DNA from: Alistipes sp.
GTDB lineage: Bacteria > Bacteroidota > Bacteroidia > Bacteroidales > Rikenellaceae
DNA length: 64,000 nt
Assembly: GCA_017654125.1 (NCBI GenBank)
Contig: JAFNYX010000002.1
Location: forward strand, 6,188-70,187
Direction of reading: 5' to 3'
In this document: positions 52,426 through 61,881 of the stretch, piece by piece
How positions within the stretch are numbered: position 1 is the stretch's first letter
How the letters are laid out: the number at the start of each line of letters is the position of its first letter
The notes under the pieces: model-generated
What the model was told of the DNA's origin: nothing
What the model saw: the letters and a program-made list of their open reading frames with translations, nothing else
Databases searched by the model: none
Translations under genes and position numbers: made by a program

Positions 52426-52584
52426 ATTATATTTGGTTTTAATTTGTTGTTTTGCAAAGAACATCTTCTCCTATACAAATATACGAAAATTTAACGAAAT
52501 ATTATCTCTGCACAACAAAAAAGTCGGAACAGCTTGATTTTCCACTGTTCCGACACTCTATTTCTCTACACAAATAGCCGACTA

Positions 52585-53736
52585 TTAATACGCGGCGAAT
52601 GGTCTTGCCGGGTCGTCTGGTGTAAAGCGCATGCGGGTAATGATACCTGACTGCATGCCATCGCGTTTTTTGCTCTTTGCCACGAAGAAATCACCATCGC
52701 CAAGCGAGCACAGACCCACAGCACAATCGTATCGCCAACCGCGAATCGCACCATTCGAGCCACTCTTCTCACCGAGCGGAACAAGCGTCAAAACCTGCTC
52801 GCGACCGACGTAATCCACGCCCTCCAACTTCGTGCGACGAGGTGCTACGCCGGCGTCAATGGCAAAGAGTGTAAGTGGTGCAAACTGAGGCTTTCGACCT
52901 TTGTATGTGCCCAACAGCCACAATCCGCTGTGATGGTCGTATTCGAGCTGCTGAACACCCCAATTGGTGTTACCGGTGCGAACAAAGTAGCGACCATCGG
53001 GTTTTGATGGGCCGTTACGATGGATGTTGTTCTGTGAAATCGGCGTTTCATAGCGCGCCCAATCCGACGTGTCGTATTGCAACAGCACCTGATAGTCGTT
53101 ATCCGTACGATCGAGGTCGGTATATATACCGTAGGCGATTGTCAGATACGGTTTGTCGTTGCGACCACCCTTGCCGAATCGCGGACCGAACGATATGCCG
53201 TCGAAGCCACTGCATCCGAAGCGATGTTCGAAGGTACGACCCGCATTCGTGACACTCGCCTTGTAGTCTTCCAAAACCGCCGACAAAAATACGGTTGTCA
53301 TCACCTTGTCACGCTCGGCATTCATCCCTTCGCGGTCGATTTTATCCACATCGAAGATAGCGACATAGAAGCCGTCTTCGACTGCACGGCCGGCATTCTC
53401 GCGTTCGAGAATCGGGCGACCGATAGCATCGTTCTTATATTCGAGAGAGCCGTACAAGCGGCCATCCGCATCGTTGAATTCCAAGCAGCCCAGGTGACCA
53501 ATCAGACCCGTAACCGTGCCGATAACGTTGCCCTGCATATCCATCTTCACGAGCAGTGTCGTAAACGACAAATATATGTACTTACGGGTAGTATCGACGG
53601 CAACTCCCTGAATATGTCCCGCTCGCCACTCTCCGCCATTGAGCGTAAGAGGCAGTGTTGAAGATGTTTCTGTTTGCGCCCACAGCGTCGAATTAAAAAG
53701 CAGGACGAGGGCAAGCAGTGTAAAAATTCGTTTCAT
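52585..53736 (-). CDS. Secreted hypothetical protein, probable beta-propeller
   Basis: Signal peptide; repeated blade-like segments HIQGVAVD, HLGCLEFN, FDGISFG and GVQQLEYD. Confidence 0.75.
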   Translation of the reverse strand: MKRIFTLLALVLLFNSTLWAQTETSSTLPLTLNGGEWRAGHIQGVAVDTTRKYIYLSFTTLLVKMDMQGNVIGTVTGLIGHLGCLEFNDADGRLYGSLEYKNDAIGRPILERENAGRAVEDGFYVAIFDVDKIDREGMNAERDKVMTTVFLSAVLEDYKASVTNAGRTFEHRFGCSGFDGISFGPRFGKGGRNDKPYLTIAYGIYTDLDRTDNDYQVLLQYDTSDWARYETPISQNNIHRNGPSKPDGRYFVRTGNTNWGVQQLEYDHHSGLWLLGTYKGRKPQFAPLTLFAIDAGVAPRRTKLEGVDYVGREQVLTLVPLGEKSGSNGAIRGWRYDCAVGLCSLGDGDFFVAKSKKRDGMQSGIITRMRFTPDDPARPFAAY

Positions 53737-53764
53737 GGTAAATTATGTTTTACAAAAAAGGTTT

Positions 53765-54028
53765 CTACTTTTGTTGTGCCGTAGCGTGGTCGATGTCGCA
53801 ACCGGCGCAGTTGCCCGTACACAGCGAGTCGTCCGTACAATCCTCGGCCGCCATATCCTCGCGCGTCTCCTGTACGGCACATTTGATGCCCATACGTTGC
53901 ATATTTTTGTTGGTCGATATCTCGGACTCGATGTGATGACCCTTTATCATCAACGTCAGCGACATTCCCACAACAAAGAATGCAACAGCCGCGATGGCAA
54001 CAAGAATGACGATTAACCAATTAGCCAT
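53765..54028 (-). CDS. Small membrane protein with Cys-rich C-terminus
   Basis: N-terminal TM helix, N..M...GI.C motif and tail CTDDSLCTGNCAGC. Confidence 0.75.
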   Translation of the reverse strand: MANWLIVILVAIAAVAFFVVGMSLTLMIKGHHIESEISTNKNMQRMGIKCAVQETREDMAAEDCTDDSLCTGNCAGCDIDHATAQQK

Positions 54029-54208
54029 AAGTGCTTTCGTTTTATTTATTTGAACTTGTTTTTTGCTAAAAACGCAAATAGTTTTTGAAATGTTGCTACA
54101 AATTTATATATTTGCCTGATAAATTGCAAAAATATTGGCCTTTCGCTCGCTTCGGGGTCCGAAATAGCGGTATTTAGGTGCATATTCCAGAAAAAAAGGG
54201 AGGGTATT

Positions 54209-55546
54209 ATGAAGATAGTTATTGCCGGCGTAGGCGAAATGGGTAACCATTTGGCAAAGATGTTGAGCGGAAATGGTCACGATATTACGGTGATCGACTC
54301 CGATGCAAAGTTGTTGGCGGAGGTGGCTTCGCTGGCGGATGTCATTACGGTTGAGGGCGATTCGACAACCTTCTCCGTTCTGCGCAAGGCGTCGGTGCGT
54401 AAGTGCGACCTCTTTATTGCCGTCAATCACGCCGAAAACGACAACATCCTCTCGGCTATCATGGCCAAGCAGCTCGGCGCAAAAAAATCCATCGCACGTA
54501 TCGACAATAACGAATATCTCGAACCAAACAACAAGGAGATGTTTATCAACATGGGCATCGACTACCTTTTCTATCCGGAGAAGGTCGCGGCACAAGAGGT
54601 AATCAATCTGCTCGGTCACACTTCGACCACCGAATTTGTCGATTTCTCGGGTGGCCGTCTCTCGCTCGTCGTTTTCCGTTTGGAGCCAAACTCGTCGCTC
54701 ATTGGTCGCGGAGCATCGGGCTTCCAGCAGGAGGAGATGCTCAACTATCGCGCGGTAGCAATTTCGCGCGACGGCAAGACCATCATTCCAAAAGCGACCG
54801 ATACGTTTATGGTCGGCGATACGGTGTATGTCATTTCACGCCACGATTCGGTTGTCGAGGCTATGGCTCTCTCCGGCAAGAGCAACGTACACGTCAGCAA
54901 TATGATGATACTCGGTGGCTCGCGTATCGGTATTCAGATTGCCGCAGCGTTACAGAACGACGTAAATGTCAAACTGGTCGATTACGATGCCGACAAGGCG
55001 TATCGTTTGGCAGAGATGCTCGACCGCACGTTGATTATCCACGAAGATGGTCGCAATACGGAGGCGATGATGGAGGAGGGACTCTCCAATATGGATGCCT
55101 TTGTGGCGGTTACGGGTCGTAGCGAGACCAATATCCTGACGGCGATGCTTGCCAAACGTATGGGAGTAAAGAAGGTTATCGCCGAGGTTGAGAATATGAA
55201 CTATATAAACCTTGCCGACAGTGTGGGTGTCGATACGATTATCAACAAGAAGATGGTTACCGCATCGAACATTTTCCGCTTCACGATGTCCACCGACGTC
55301 TTGGCCATCAAGTGCCTTACGGGTAGCGATGCCGAGGTGCTGGAATTTATCGTCAAGCCGAACTCGCCGGCAACGAAGGCAACCATCACCGAACTCGAAC
55401 TGCCGGAAGATGTCATCATTGGCGGTATCGTGCGCGGCGACAAGGTCTCGATTGCTACGGGCAATACGCAGATAAACGCATACGACCGAGTAGTGGTATT
55501 CGCAATGCCGTCGGCGATTAGTAAAGTGGGCTACTACTTTAACTAA
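54209..55546 (+). CDS. trkA: Trk potassium uptake regulatory subunit
   Basis: MKIVIAGVGEMG and second RCK motif GGSRIG; 445 aa. Promoter TATATTTG at 54107-54114. Confidence 0.95.
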   Translation: MKIVIAGVGEMGNHLAKMLSGNGHDITVIDSDAKLLAEVASLADVITVEGDSTTFSVLRKASVRKCDLFIAVNHAENDNILSAIMAKQLGAKKSIARIDNNEYLEPNNKEMFINMGIDYLFYPEKVAAQEVINLLGHTSTTEFVDFSGGRLSLVVFRLEPNSSLIGRGASGFQQEEMLNYRAVAISRDGKTIIPKATDTFMVGDTVYVISRHDSVVEAMALSGKSNVHVSNMMILGGSRIGIQIAAALQNDVNVKLVDYDADKAYRLAEMLDRTLIIHEDGRNTEAMMEEGLSNMDAFVAVTGRSETNILTAMLAKRMGVKKVIAEVENMNYINLADSVGVDTIINKKMVTASNIFRFTMSTDVLAIKCLTGSDAEVLEFIVKPNSPATKATITELELPEDVIIGGIVRGDKVSIATGNTQINAYDRVVVFAMPSAISKVGYYFN

Positions 55547-55626
55547 TGTTTTTTGAGGGGGGGGGTAAGATAGATAAGCGCAAAAAAGAATAAAGCGATA
55601 GTTTGTAAAGACAATTACTACGAATC

Positions 55627-57387
55627 ATGGCAAACAGATTTTACAGAAACGGTTGGTGCGTGTTACTTGTGCCCCTGTTGTTGTACGCTTGTACACAAGA
55701 AGGGTTATATAAAACCGCGTTCTACGACGATGATCTATCTGTCGAAAAAGCAAAATCGTACTACGAAGCATATATTGCAAATAGCGAAACCCGCACAGAA
55801 GTTGATCAGCGATTGCCGTTTATTTTGGGCGATGCGTTATGGCATTGGGAGCAGGCAAAAGAGTCGGCATCCGACAATCGCTCGGCGGTAGATATTCCTA
55901 TCAGCAATAATTTTGTTTATAAAGTATATCGCCCACAACCCGACGGATCATATACAAGTGTTTATACGCAATCGAGCATTGTCTCCGTGCAAAATGATAT
56001 TGACGGTGAAATATCGTTCTATATTAGAATTATGATTCCCGAATCCGACGAGGAGAATGTTGGCGAATATCTCAATTACGGCAAAAGGAAACACTATAAC
56101 GGATTGGAGTACTACATCTCTCTTGATGGGTCTCCGGTTGCTATTGCCAAATACGAAGATGGCTCTTGTGTAGAGAGTGTATTTCTTGGGGATACATCAT
56201 TAACCCATAAGGAGCGAATGTCGCGTTTTGCTTCGCTTTTTGGTGGTTTGTGCATAGCAAAAGTGTCGCAAACAACACGTATGCAGGATGAGATGGAGTA
56301 CGGCAAACCGGGTGAAATATTTTGCGACCAGAATGGAAGTTTTTATACATATGTAGATATTGACGGAGACGGAAAGTCCGATGCCGTAACCGGCTTTTTT
56401 GATGATTCTGCTGTTGTTGCAACCCGACCATCATATGGCGGAGCAAGTGGCACGTCTGGAAGTTCAAATTCGTCCGGAAGCACTAGTAGTAGTTCAAGCA
56501 GTAGTAGTTCGAGCAGTAGCAATAGTTCCAGTAGTGGAAGTTTGATTGGTGGCAGTTCCGGTTCGGGCACGGGTGGTAGTTCCATGGGCACAGGCGGTGG
56601 CTCAATCGGCACCGGTGGTTCAAGCCCGGGTGCAATAGGTGTTGGTGGCGTAGGATCGGGATATTCCGGAACAACATCCGGTAGCAATACGGGAGCGACA
56701 ACCGACTCCGCCTCGGGAGGATTGCTCGACGCCGGCTCGGCTTCATATGCTTCACAGAATTGGAGCACAGAGTTGGAACAAAGAGTCAATCCGCTTCGTC
56801 ATATTATTATATTGATTCCGGCGAAAGATAAGCCGAAGTCCGACCTTGCCAACGGCAAAGCCGACCCATTGTTGGATATGAGCAACGGTATTTGTCCAAC
56901 ACCCGGTGGTGGTATTGCAGGAGGAAGATTTGGATATAAAAGAAACTCTGGCAAAACACACCAAGGTCTTGATTTGAAAGCAGATGTTGGTACAAATGTA
57001 TATGCAATGTTTGATGGATATGTAGATAAGGTTGAAACAAAATATGATCCAACTCTGCCATACAATAAATATGAAGATAAATACACGTCTTTTAATGGTG
57101 CTGGTAATAGGGTTAATATGAGATGTTTATTACCCGATGGGCGAACCATACTTGTTAAGTATTTTCATATGCATACACCTTCTGTACAATGCAAACAATT
57201 CGTAAAAAGTGGAGAAATAATAGGAACTTCTGGCGCGACAGGAAATGCAACAGCCGTTGGATCTGGAGGGCCACATTTACATATAGAAATTTGGTTGTTG
57301 AATGAAAATGGGACTTTTTATCGAGTAAATCCAGAAGATTTCTTGTATACTAAATTTGATAATAAAACTGGTTTGCCAATACAATAA
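55627..57387 (+). CDS. Lipoprotein with Gly/Ser linker and C-terminal M23 peptidase (candidate polymorphic toxin)
   Basis: Lipobox LLYA-C; ~105-aa G/S-rich linker; M23 motifs HQGLDL, GNRV, YFHM, IG.SG.TGN, PHLH.E and NP..FL. Confidence 0.85.
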   Translation: MANRFYRNGWCVLLVPLLLYACTQEGLYKTAFYDDDLSVEKAKSYYEAYIANSETRTEVDQRLPFILGDALWHWEQAKESASDNRSAVDIPISNNFVYKVYRPQPDGSYTSVYTQSSIVSVQNDIDGEISFYIRIMIPESDEENVGEYLNYGKRKHYNGLEYYISLDGSPVAIAKYEDGSCVESVFLGDTSLTHKERMSRFASLFGGLCIAKVSQTTRMQDEMEYGKPGEIFCDQNGSFYTYVDIDGDGKSDAVTGFFDDSAVVATRPSYGGASGTSGSSNSSGSTSSSSSSSSSSSSNSSSSGSLIGGSSGSGTGGSSMGTGGGSIGTGGSSPGAIGVGGVGSGYSGTTSGSNTGATTDSASGGLLDAGSASYASQNWSTELEQRVNPLRHIIILIPAKDKPKSDLANGKADPLLDMSNGICPTPGGGIAGGRFGYKRNSGKTHQGLDLKADVGTNVYAMFDGYVDKVETKYDPTLPYNKYEDKYTSFNGAGNRVNMRCLLPDGRTILVKYFHMHTPSVQCKQFVKSGEIIGTSGATGNATAVGSGGPHLHIEIWLLNENGTFYRVNPEDFLYTKFDNKTGLPIQ

Positions 57388-57395
57388 ATGTTATT

Positions 57396-57902
57396 ATGAA
57401 ACGAATATTTTTTATTTTGCCACTCTTGTTTGCAATAGCGTTTAACGGCAATGCACAAGCGATAACCGATTGTATCGTTATTGATTCGTTATACCTGGGT
57501 AAGAGTTACGGGCAGGGATTTGTTAAGGTGCTTGGTGTTCCCGATTCGAAGAATCAGCAGGATGCTGATGCAGACCCAAATATCTATGAATTACACTACG
57601 GGGAAGATAAATTTATATGGATTGAAGAAGAGAACTTATTAGTAGGTTGTACACTGAAAACGCCCCGATATTTGTTTAATAATATAATAAGGGTTGGTGA
57701 TTCAATTGATAAAACCGGTTTGTTGGAAGGAGGAATAATAGATTATACACCTGAGAAAGACGGAGTGTCGCGCCCATTCAAATTATGGAGCATAAAACGA
57801 GAGAAAAATGAAGCAATGCACTACGGATATGAGGTGCAATTCGTATATAATGAGTTGTTGTTAATAACGGAGATTCGGGTTATTGCTCTGGATTTGTTTT
57901 AG
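57396..57902 (+). CDS. Secreted hypothetical protein, candidate immunity protein
   Basis: Starts 8 nt after the M23 gene stop; Sec signal MKRIFFILPLLFAIAFNGNA; AT-rich; 168 aa. Confidence 0.7.
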   Translation: MKRIFFILPLLFAIAFNGNAQAITDCIVIDSLYLGKSYGQGFVKVLGVPDSKNQQDADADPNIYELHYGEDKFIWIEEENLLVGCTLKTPRYLFNNIIRVGDSIDKTGLLEGGIIDYTPEKDGVSRPFKLWSIKREKNEAMHYGYEVQFVYNELLLITEIRVIALDLF

Positions 57903-58058
57903 ATTACGCGTTCGGAAATTAAAAATGGATTTTTTGCTATCGTCCTTGTTGGAGCACGAGACTGCGAAAAGTTTGATTGGCAATCCGGATTAACGACATT
58001 GCGTTTTGGCGAATCGGAAGTGTAACGTAAACGATATTTAACCCAAATTGTGCCGATA

Positions 58059-58118
58059 GTGAAACGGATATTTTATATATTTGCTTGCGTGTTTGCAATA
58101 GCGTTTAAGGTAGAATAA
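58059..58118 (+). pseudogene. Truncated copy of the 5' end (signal peptide) of the 57396 gene
   Basis: Translates as (V)KRIFYIFACVFAIAFKVE* versus MKRIFFILPLLFAIAFNG; the two share TGTTTGCAATAGCGTTTAA (19 nt) exactly. Confidence 0.7.
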
Positions 58119-58242
58119 GGTCAAGGAAAGGTCGGGCAAAGCAAAGCACGAAGTTGATTGTGAGGACACAAACTCTTAACGGCTCTGATGCCTTTAACGA
58201 CCCTAAAAAAGAGAAAAGGAAGAAACAAAAACACAAAATACT

Positions 58243-58860
58243 ATGTATATCGCAATTGCGGGAAATATCGGTAGCGGTAAGACGACGCTGACCGAAATCC
58301 TTACAAATCACTACGGGGCGAAGGCCTATTACGAGGATTTGGACAATCCGTATATCAACGATTTCTACGAAGATATGAATCGTTGGGCGTTCCAATTCCA
58401 AGTACACTTCCTCGCCAGCCGTATTCGTCAGACGATGGATATGCTCTCGGCGGGCAACGACTGCGTATTCCAAGACCGCACTATATACGAGGATGCCTAC
58501 ATATTCGCCGGCAACCTTCACCAAATGGGTTTGATGGCGAGCCGCGATTTCGGAACTTACATGAAGTTGTTCGACATATCGACCGACATGATTCCGAAGC
58601 CAGACTTGCTTATCTATCTTAAAGCGAGTGTTCCGACACTTGTTAAGCAGATTCGCAAGCGTGGTCGCGAGTATGAGCAGAATATCGACGTCGGCTACCT
58701 CGAACGCCTGAACGAGCGTTACAACAATTGGATTGATAACGACTACAAGGGCGAAGTGTACGTCATCAATAAGGACGAGTACGACTTTGTAGCAAATCCG
58801 GAGATTCTCGAACCGCTCTACGAAAAGTTGGACGCAATCTACGGTAAAACGCTCTTTTAA
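58243..58860 (+). CDS. Deoxynucleoside kinase (dCK/dGK family)
   Basis: GNIGSGKTT, DRTIYED, PDLLIYL and RGR.YE motifs. Confidence 0.93.
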   Translation: MYIAIAGNIGSGKTTLTEILTNHYGAKAYYEDLDNPYINDFYEDMNRWAFQFQVHFLASRIRQTMDMLSAGNDCVFQDRTIYEDAYIFAGNLHQMGLMASRDFGTYMKLFDISTDMIPKPDLLIYLKASVPTLVKQIRKRGREYEQNIDVGYLERLNERYNNWIDNDYKGEVYVINKDEYDFVANPEILEPLYEKLDAIYGKTLF

Positions 58861-60233
58861 TGGAACGCACTCCTCTGCCAAAGTTGTTTTGTGAGACGAT
58901 GCGCGAGATGCTCTCGCCCGTCGAGGCGGAACGACTCTTTGCGTCACTCGATGGAGAGTCGCCGACAGCCGTACGTCACAATCCGTACAAGTGTGCAGAT
59001 GTGAAACCGGCAGGAGAGGAGATTGCGTGGAGCAGATATGGTCGCTACCTCGACGAGCGACCGCAATTTACGCTCGACACGGATTTTGCCGGCGGAGCGT
59101 ACTACGTGCAGGAGCCGGGCTCGCAATTCGTGGACCACATTTTGCGCGAACAACATGTCGAGCAGGGGCGCATACTTGATATGTGTGCCGCACCCGGGGG
59201 AAAGACAACCATCTACTCGACGGCAGTCGGCGAGGATGGATTGGTTGTGGCGAATGAGTATGTACGTAATCGTGCTGTGATTTTGGCCGACAATGTTCGA
59301 AAATGGGGGTTGGGAAACGTTGTAGTGACGAATAATGACCCGTCACATTTGGCGGCTTTTCGCGGATGGTTCGACGTTGTGGCGGTGGATGCCCCATGCT
59401 CGGGAGAGGGTATGTTCCGCAAAGATGACGGAGCGCGCGCAGAGTGGAGCGCAGAGGGCGTTCGGATGTGTGCCACGCGCCAAATGTCGATACTCGACGA
59501 GGCGTGGCAGACATTACGCGCAGGAGGAGTATTGATATACAGCACGTGTACGTTCAATCGCACGGAGAACGAAGGTGTTGTGGCGCAGATGATGGAACGC
59601 TACGGCGATGAGATAGTTGAGGCAGAGCCAATACACACGTCCGAGGAGTGGGGCGTAGAATGCGGCCGCGTAGGGGCATTCCAAACCTTCCGATTCTATC
59701 CGCATCGCGTGCAGAGCGAAGGTTTCTTCGTGGCAGTTGCGCGTAAGGCGACCGATAGCGGTTGTGCGCGAGTAACGCCGAAACCTCGCAAACGAATTAT
59801 GACCGACGCCGTTAAGGCGGATGTGGCAGAGCTTGCGCGGTGGGTCAAGACCCCGAAGCAGATGCACTTTGCGATGGTCGGCGATACGCTTTACGGCTAT
59901 GCAGCAGAGCGTTACGACGAGGTGCGTGCACTTGCCGAGTCGCTCACCGTAATATATTCCGGCGTAGCGATGGGTCAGATATTCAAAGGCCGTCTCAAAC
60001 CCGATTGGGCGCTCTCGCAATATGTCGGTCTGCGTCGCGAAGCAGTTGCGTGCGTAGAGGTATCGAAGGAGGAGGCTCTCGATTATCTGCGTAAGCGTGA
60101 TATTTCGGCTACGCAGTTCGACGAGGGGTTGAATTTGGTAGTGCACAATGGTGTAGCACTCGGTTTCGTAAAGAGAATCGGAGCGCGATGCAACAATATG
60201 TATCCGCTATCGTTGAGAATAACGAATTTGTAA
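58860..60233 (+). CDS. rsmF: RsmF/NOL1/NOP2 family rRNA m5C methyltransferase
   Basis: YYVQE, DMCAAPGGKT, DAPCSGEGMFRK and YSTCT...ENE motifs. Confidence 0.85.
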   Translation: MERTPLPKLFCETMREMLSPVEAERLFASLDGESPTAVRHNPYKCADVKPAGEEIAWSRYGRYLDERPQFTLDTDFAGGAYYVQEPGSQFVDHILREQHVEQGRILDMCAAPGGKTTIYSTAVGEDGLVVANEYVRNRAVILADNVRKWGLGNVVVTNNDPSHLAAFRGWFDVVAVDAPCSGEGMFRKDDGARAEWSAEGVRMCATRQMSILDEAWQTLRAGGVLIYSTCTFNRTENEGVVAQMMERYGDEIVEAEPIHTSEEWGVECGRVGAFQTFRFYPHRVQSEGFFVAVARKATDSGCARVTPKPRKRIMTDAVKADVAELARWVKTPKQMHFAMVGDTLYGYAAERYDEVRALAESLTVIYSGVAMGQIFKGRLKPDWALSQYVGLRREAVACVEVSKEEALDYLRKRDISATQFDEGLNLVVHNGVALGFVKRIGARCNNMYPLSLRITNL

Positions 60234-60247
60234 ACAGATGTTCATAT

Positions 60248-60931
60248 ATGGCAGAAAAACTTTACTATTCAATGGGTGAGGTGGCGGAGATGTTCGATGT
60301 CAATCCGTCGCTTATCAGATATTGGGGAACGCGATTTGCAGCGTTGCGTCCGAAGCGCAACAAGAAGGGCAATCGTATGTTCACGTCGGAGGATATCGAG
60401 ACACTCAAACTGATTCACCACTTGGTTAAGGAGCGCGGAATGACGCTCGACGGTGCGCGCAAAGCGTTGAGTGCCGAGCGTGTCGTGTCGCGTTCGGAGG
60501 TCTCGGCGGAGATGGAGTTGCTCGAACGTCTGCAAGCGGTGCGTGCAATGCTTGTGCAGGTGCGCGACTCGTACGGCGTCGATGAGAGCGAAGTTGTCGA
60601 TCCGGTAGCAGATGCCGAGTTGACTACCGTACCACAAAAGGCCGCAGACGAAGAGCCGGTGGTCGAAAATCCGGTTGCTGTTGCGGAGCAGATGGCCGAA
60701 GAGCCATCGGTGGCTGAGGAGCAGATTGCCGACGAAAAGCCACAACCTAAAAAATCAAAGAGCACGAAGAAGGATAAAAAGGAGACGAGCGATATGAAAC
60801 CGAAACAGGAAAAAATGGAGCAGAAGCGCGAGTCGAGAAAACAGAAGCAGTCCGAATCCAACCTCTTTGATGCATCGACCGACAAGCCGGCCGAACGACC
60901 ATTGCCATTCTACGAACAAACGCTGTTTTAG
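60248..60931 (+). CDS. MerR-family HTH protein with long low-complexity tail
   Basis: KLYYSMGEVA..F.VN.S.IRYW, KGNR.F and G.TL.GA motifs; E/A- then K-rich tail. Confidence 0.88.
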   Translation: MAEKLYYSMGEVAEMFDVNPSLIRYWGTRFAALRPKRNKKGNRMFTSEDIETLKLIHHLVKERGMTLDGARKALSAERVVSRSEVSAEMELLERLQAVRAMLVQVRDSYGVDESEVVDPVADAELTTVPQKAADEEPVVENPVAVAEQMAEEPSVAEEQIADEKPQPKKSKSTKKDKKETSDMKPKQEKMEQKRESRKQKQSESNLFDASTDKPAERPLPFYEQTLF

Positions 60932-60963
60932 TAATAGTGCAGACAAAAAAAACGCAACGTGCT

Positions 60964-61746
60964 ATGAAAATCAGAGAGATAACCGATATTATCGAGCAGT
61001 TTGCACCCCTGGCATTGCAGGAGTCATACGACAATGCGGGCCTCGTGGTGGGTCGTGCGGACGATGAGTTGCAAGGCGGTGTACTGATTGCTGTGGATGT
61101 GACCCGAGAGGTAATCGAGGAGGCTATTGCGCTCGGTTGCGGACTAATCGTTACGCATCATCCGATAATCTTCCATCCGCTAAAACGTCTCAATTCTGCA
61201 TCGGAGGTTGAGCGTTGCGTCGAACAGGCTATAAAGCACGATATTGCGCTCTATGCCTGCCATACGAATCTAGATTCGGCTCCCAATGGAATGAGTTGGC
61301 GTTTGGGCGAGATTCTGGGAGTTCGCAATATGCAGGTATTGGAGCCGTCGGCAGATGGCGCGGGTTTCGGCACAGTTGGCGAACTCTCCGAGCCAATGCC
61401 TATCGAGCAGTTTTTAACGCTGTTACGCGAGAGATTGGGATGTGGTGTGGTACGCCACAGTACATTGACGCGAAGCTATGTTCGACGTGTGGCAATATGT
61501 ACCGGAGCGGGTGGCTCGTGCATCGAGGCTGCGCGTATGTCGGGATGCGATATTTACGTTACGGCCGACCTTCGATATAACGATTTTTTTGCACCGGCAG
61601 GCGAATTTATAGTTGCAGATGTAGGACATTTTGAGAGCGAATTTTGCGCAATTCAAATTTTATTTGATATTTTGTCAAAAAAAATCACTAACTTTGCGCT
61701 CCATAAGAGCGCGTGTTCAAAAAATCCGGTGCATTATTTCGTCTAA
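60964..61746 (+). CDS. Nif3-like dinuclear metal centre protein (DUF34)
   Basis: QESYDNAGL, THHP.IF, HTNLD and GHFESE motifs. Confidence 0.93.
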   Translation: MKIREITDIIEQFAPLALQESYDNAGLVVGRADDELQGGVLIAVDVTREVIEEAIALGCGLIVTHHPIIFHPLKRLNSASEVERCVEQAIKHDIALYACHTNLDSAPNGMSWRLGEILGVRNMQVLEPSADGAGFGTVGELSEPMPIEQFLTLLRERLGCGVVRHSTLTRSYVRRVAICTGAGGSCIEAARMSGCDIYVTADLRYNDFFAPAGEFIVADVGHFESEFCAIQILFDILSKKITNFALHKSACSKNPVHYFV

Positions 61747-61881
61747 TGCGCTGAGGAGGAGATGGATATGCGGTTTTTGTCGTTGTTTGCCGGCGTCACA
61801 ATAAAATAGTGCACGGCGAGTAACTCGCAAAAAAGTGCAGAGAAAACATTACAAAACAGAAAAATATAAAACAAACAACAT

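Noticed and set aside
61752-61809. SD-like GAGGAGGAG followed by the mini-ORF MDMRFLSLFAGVTIK, which resembles C5 DNA-methyltransferase motif I
   Set aside because: Only 15 codons with no further methyltransferase motifs; a chance match is likely.
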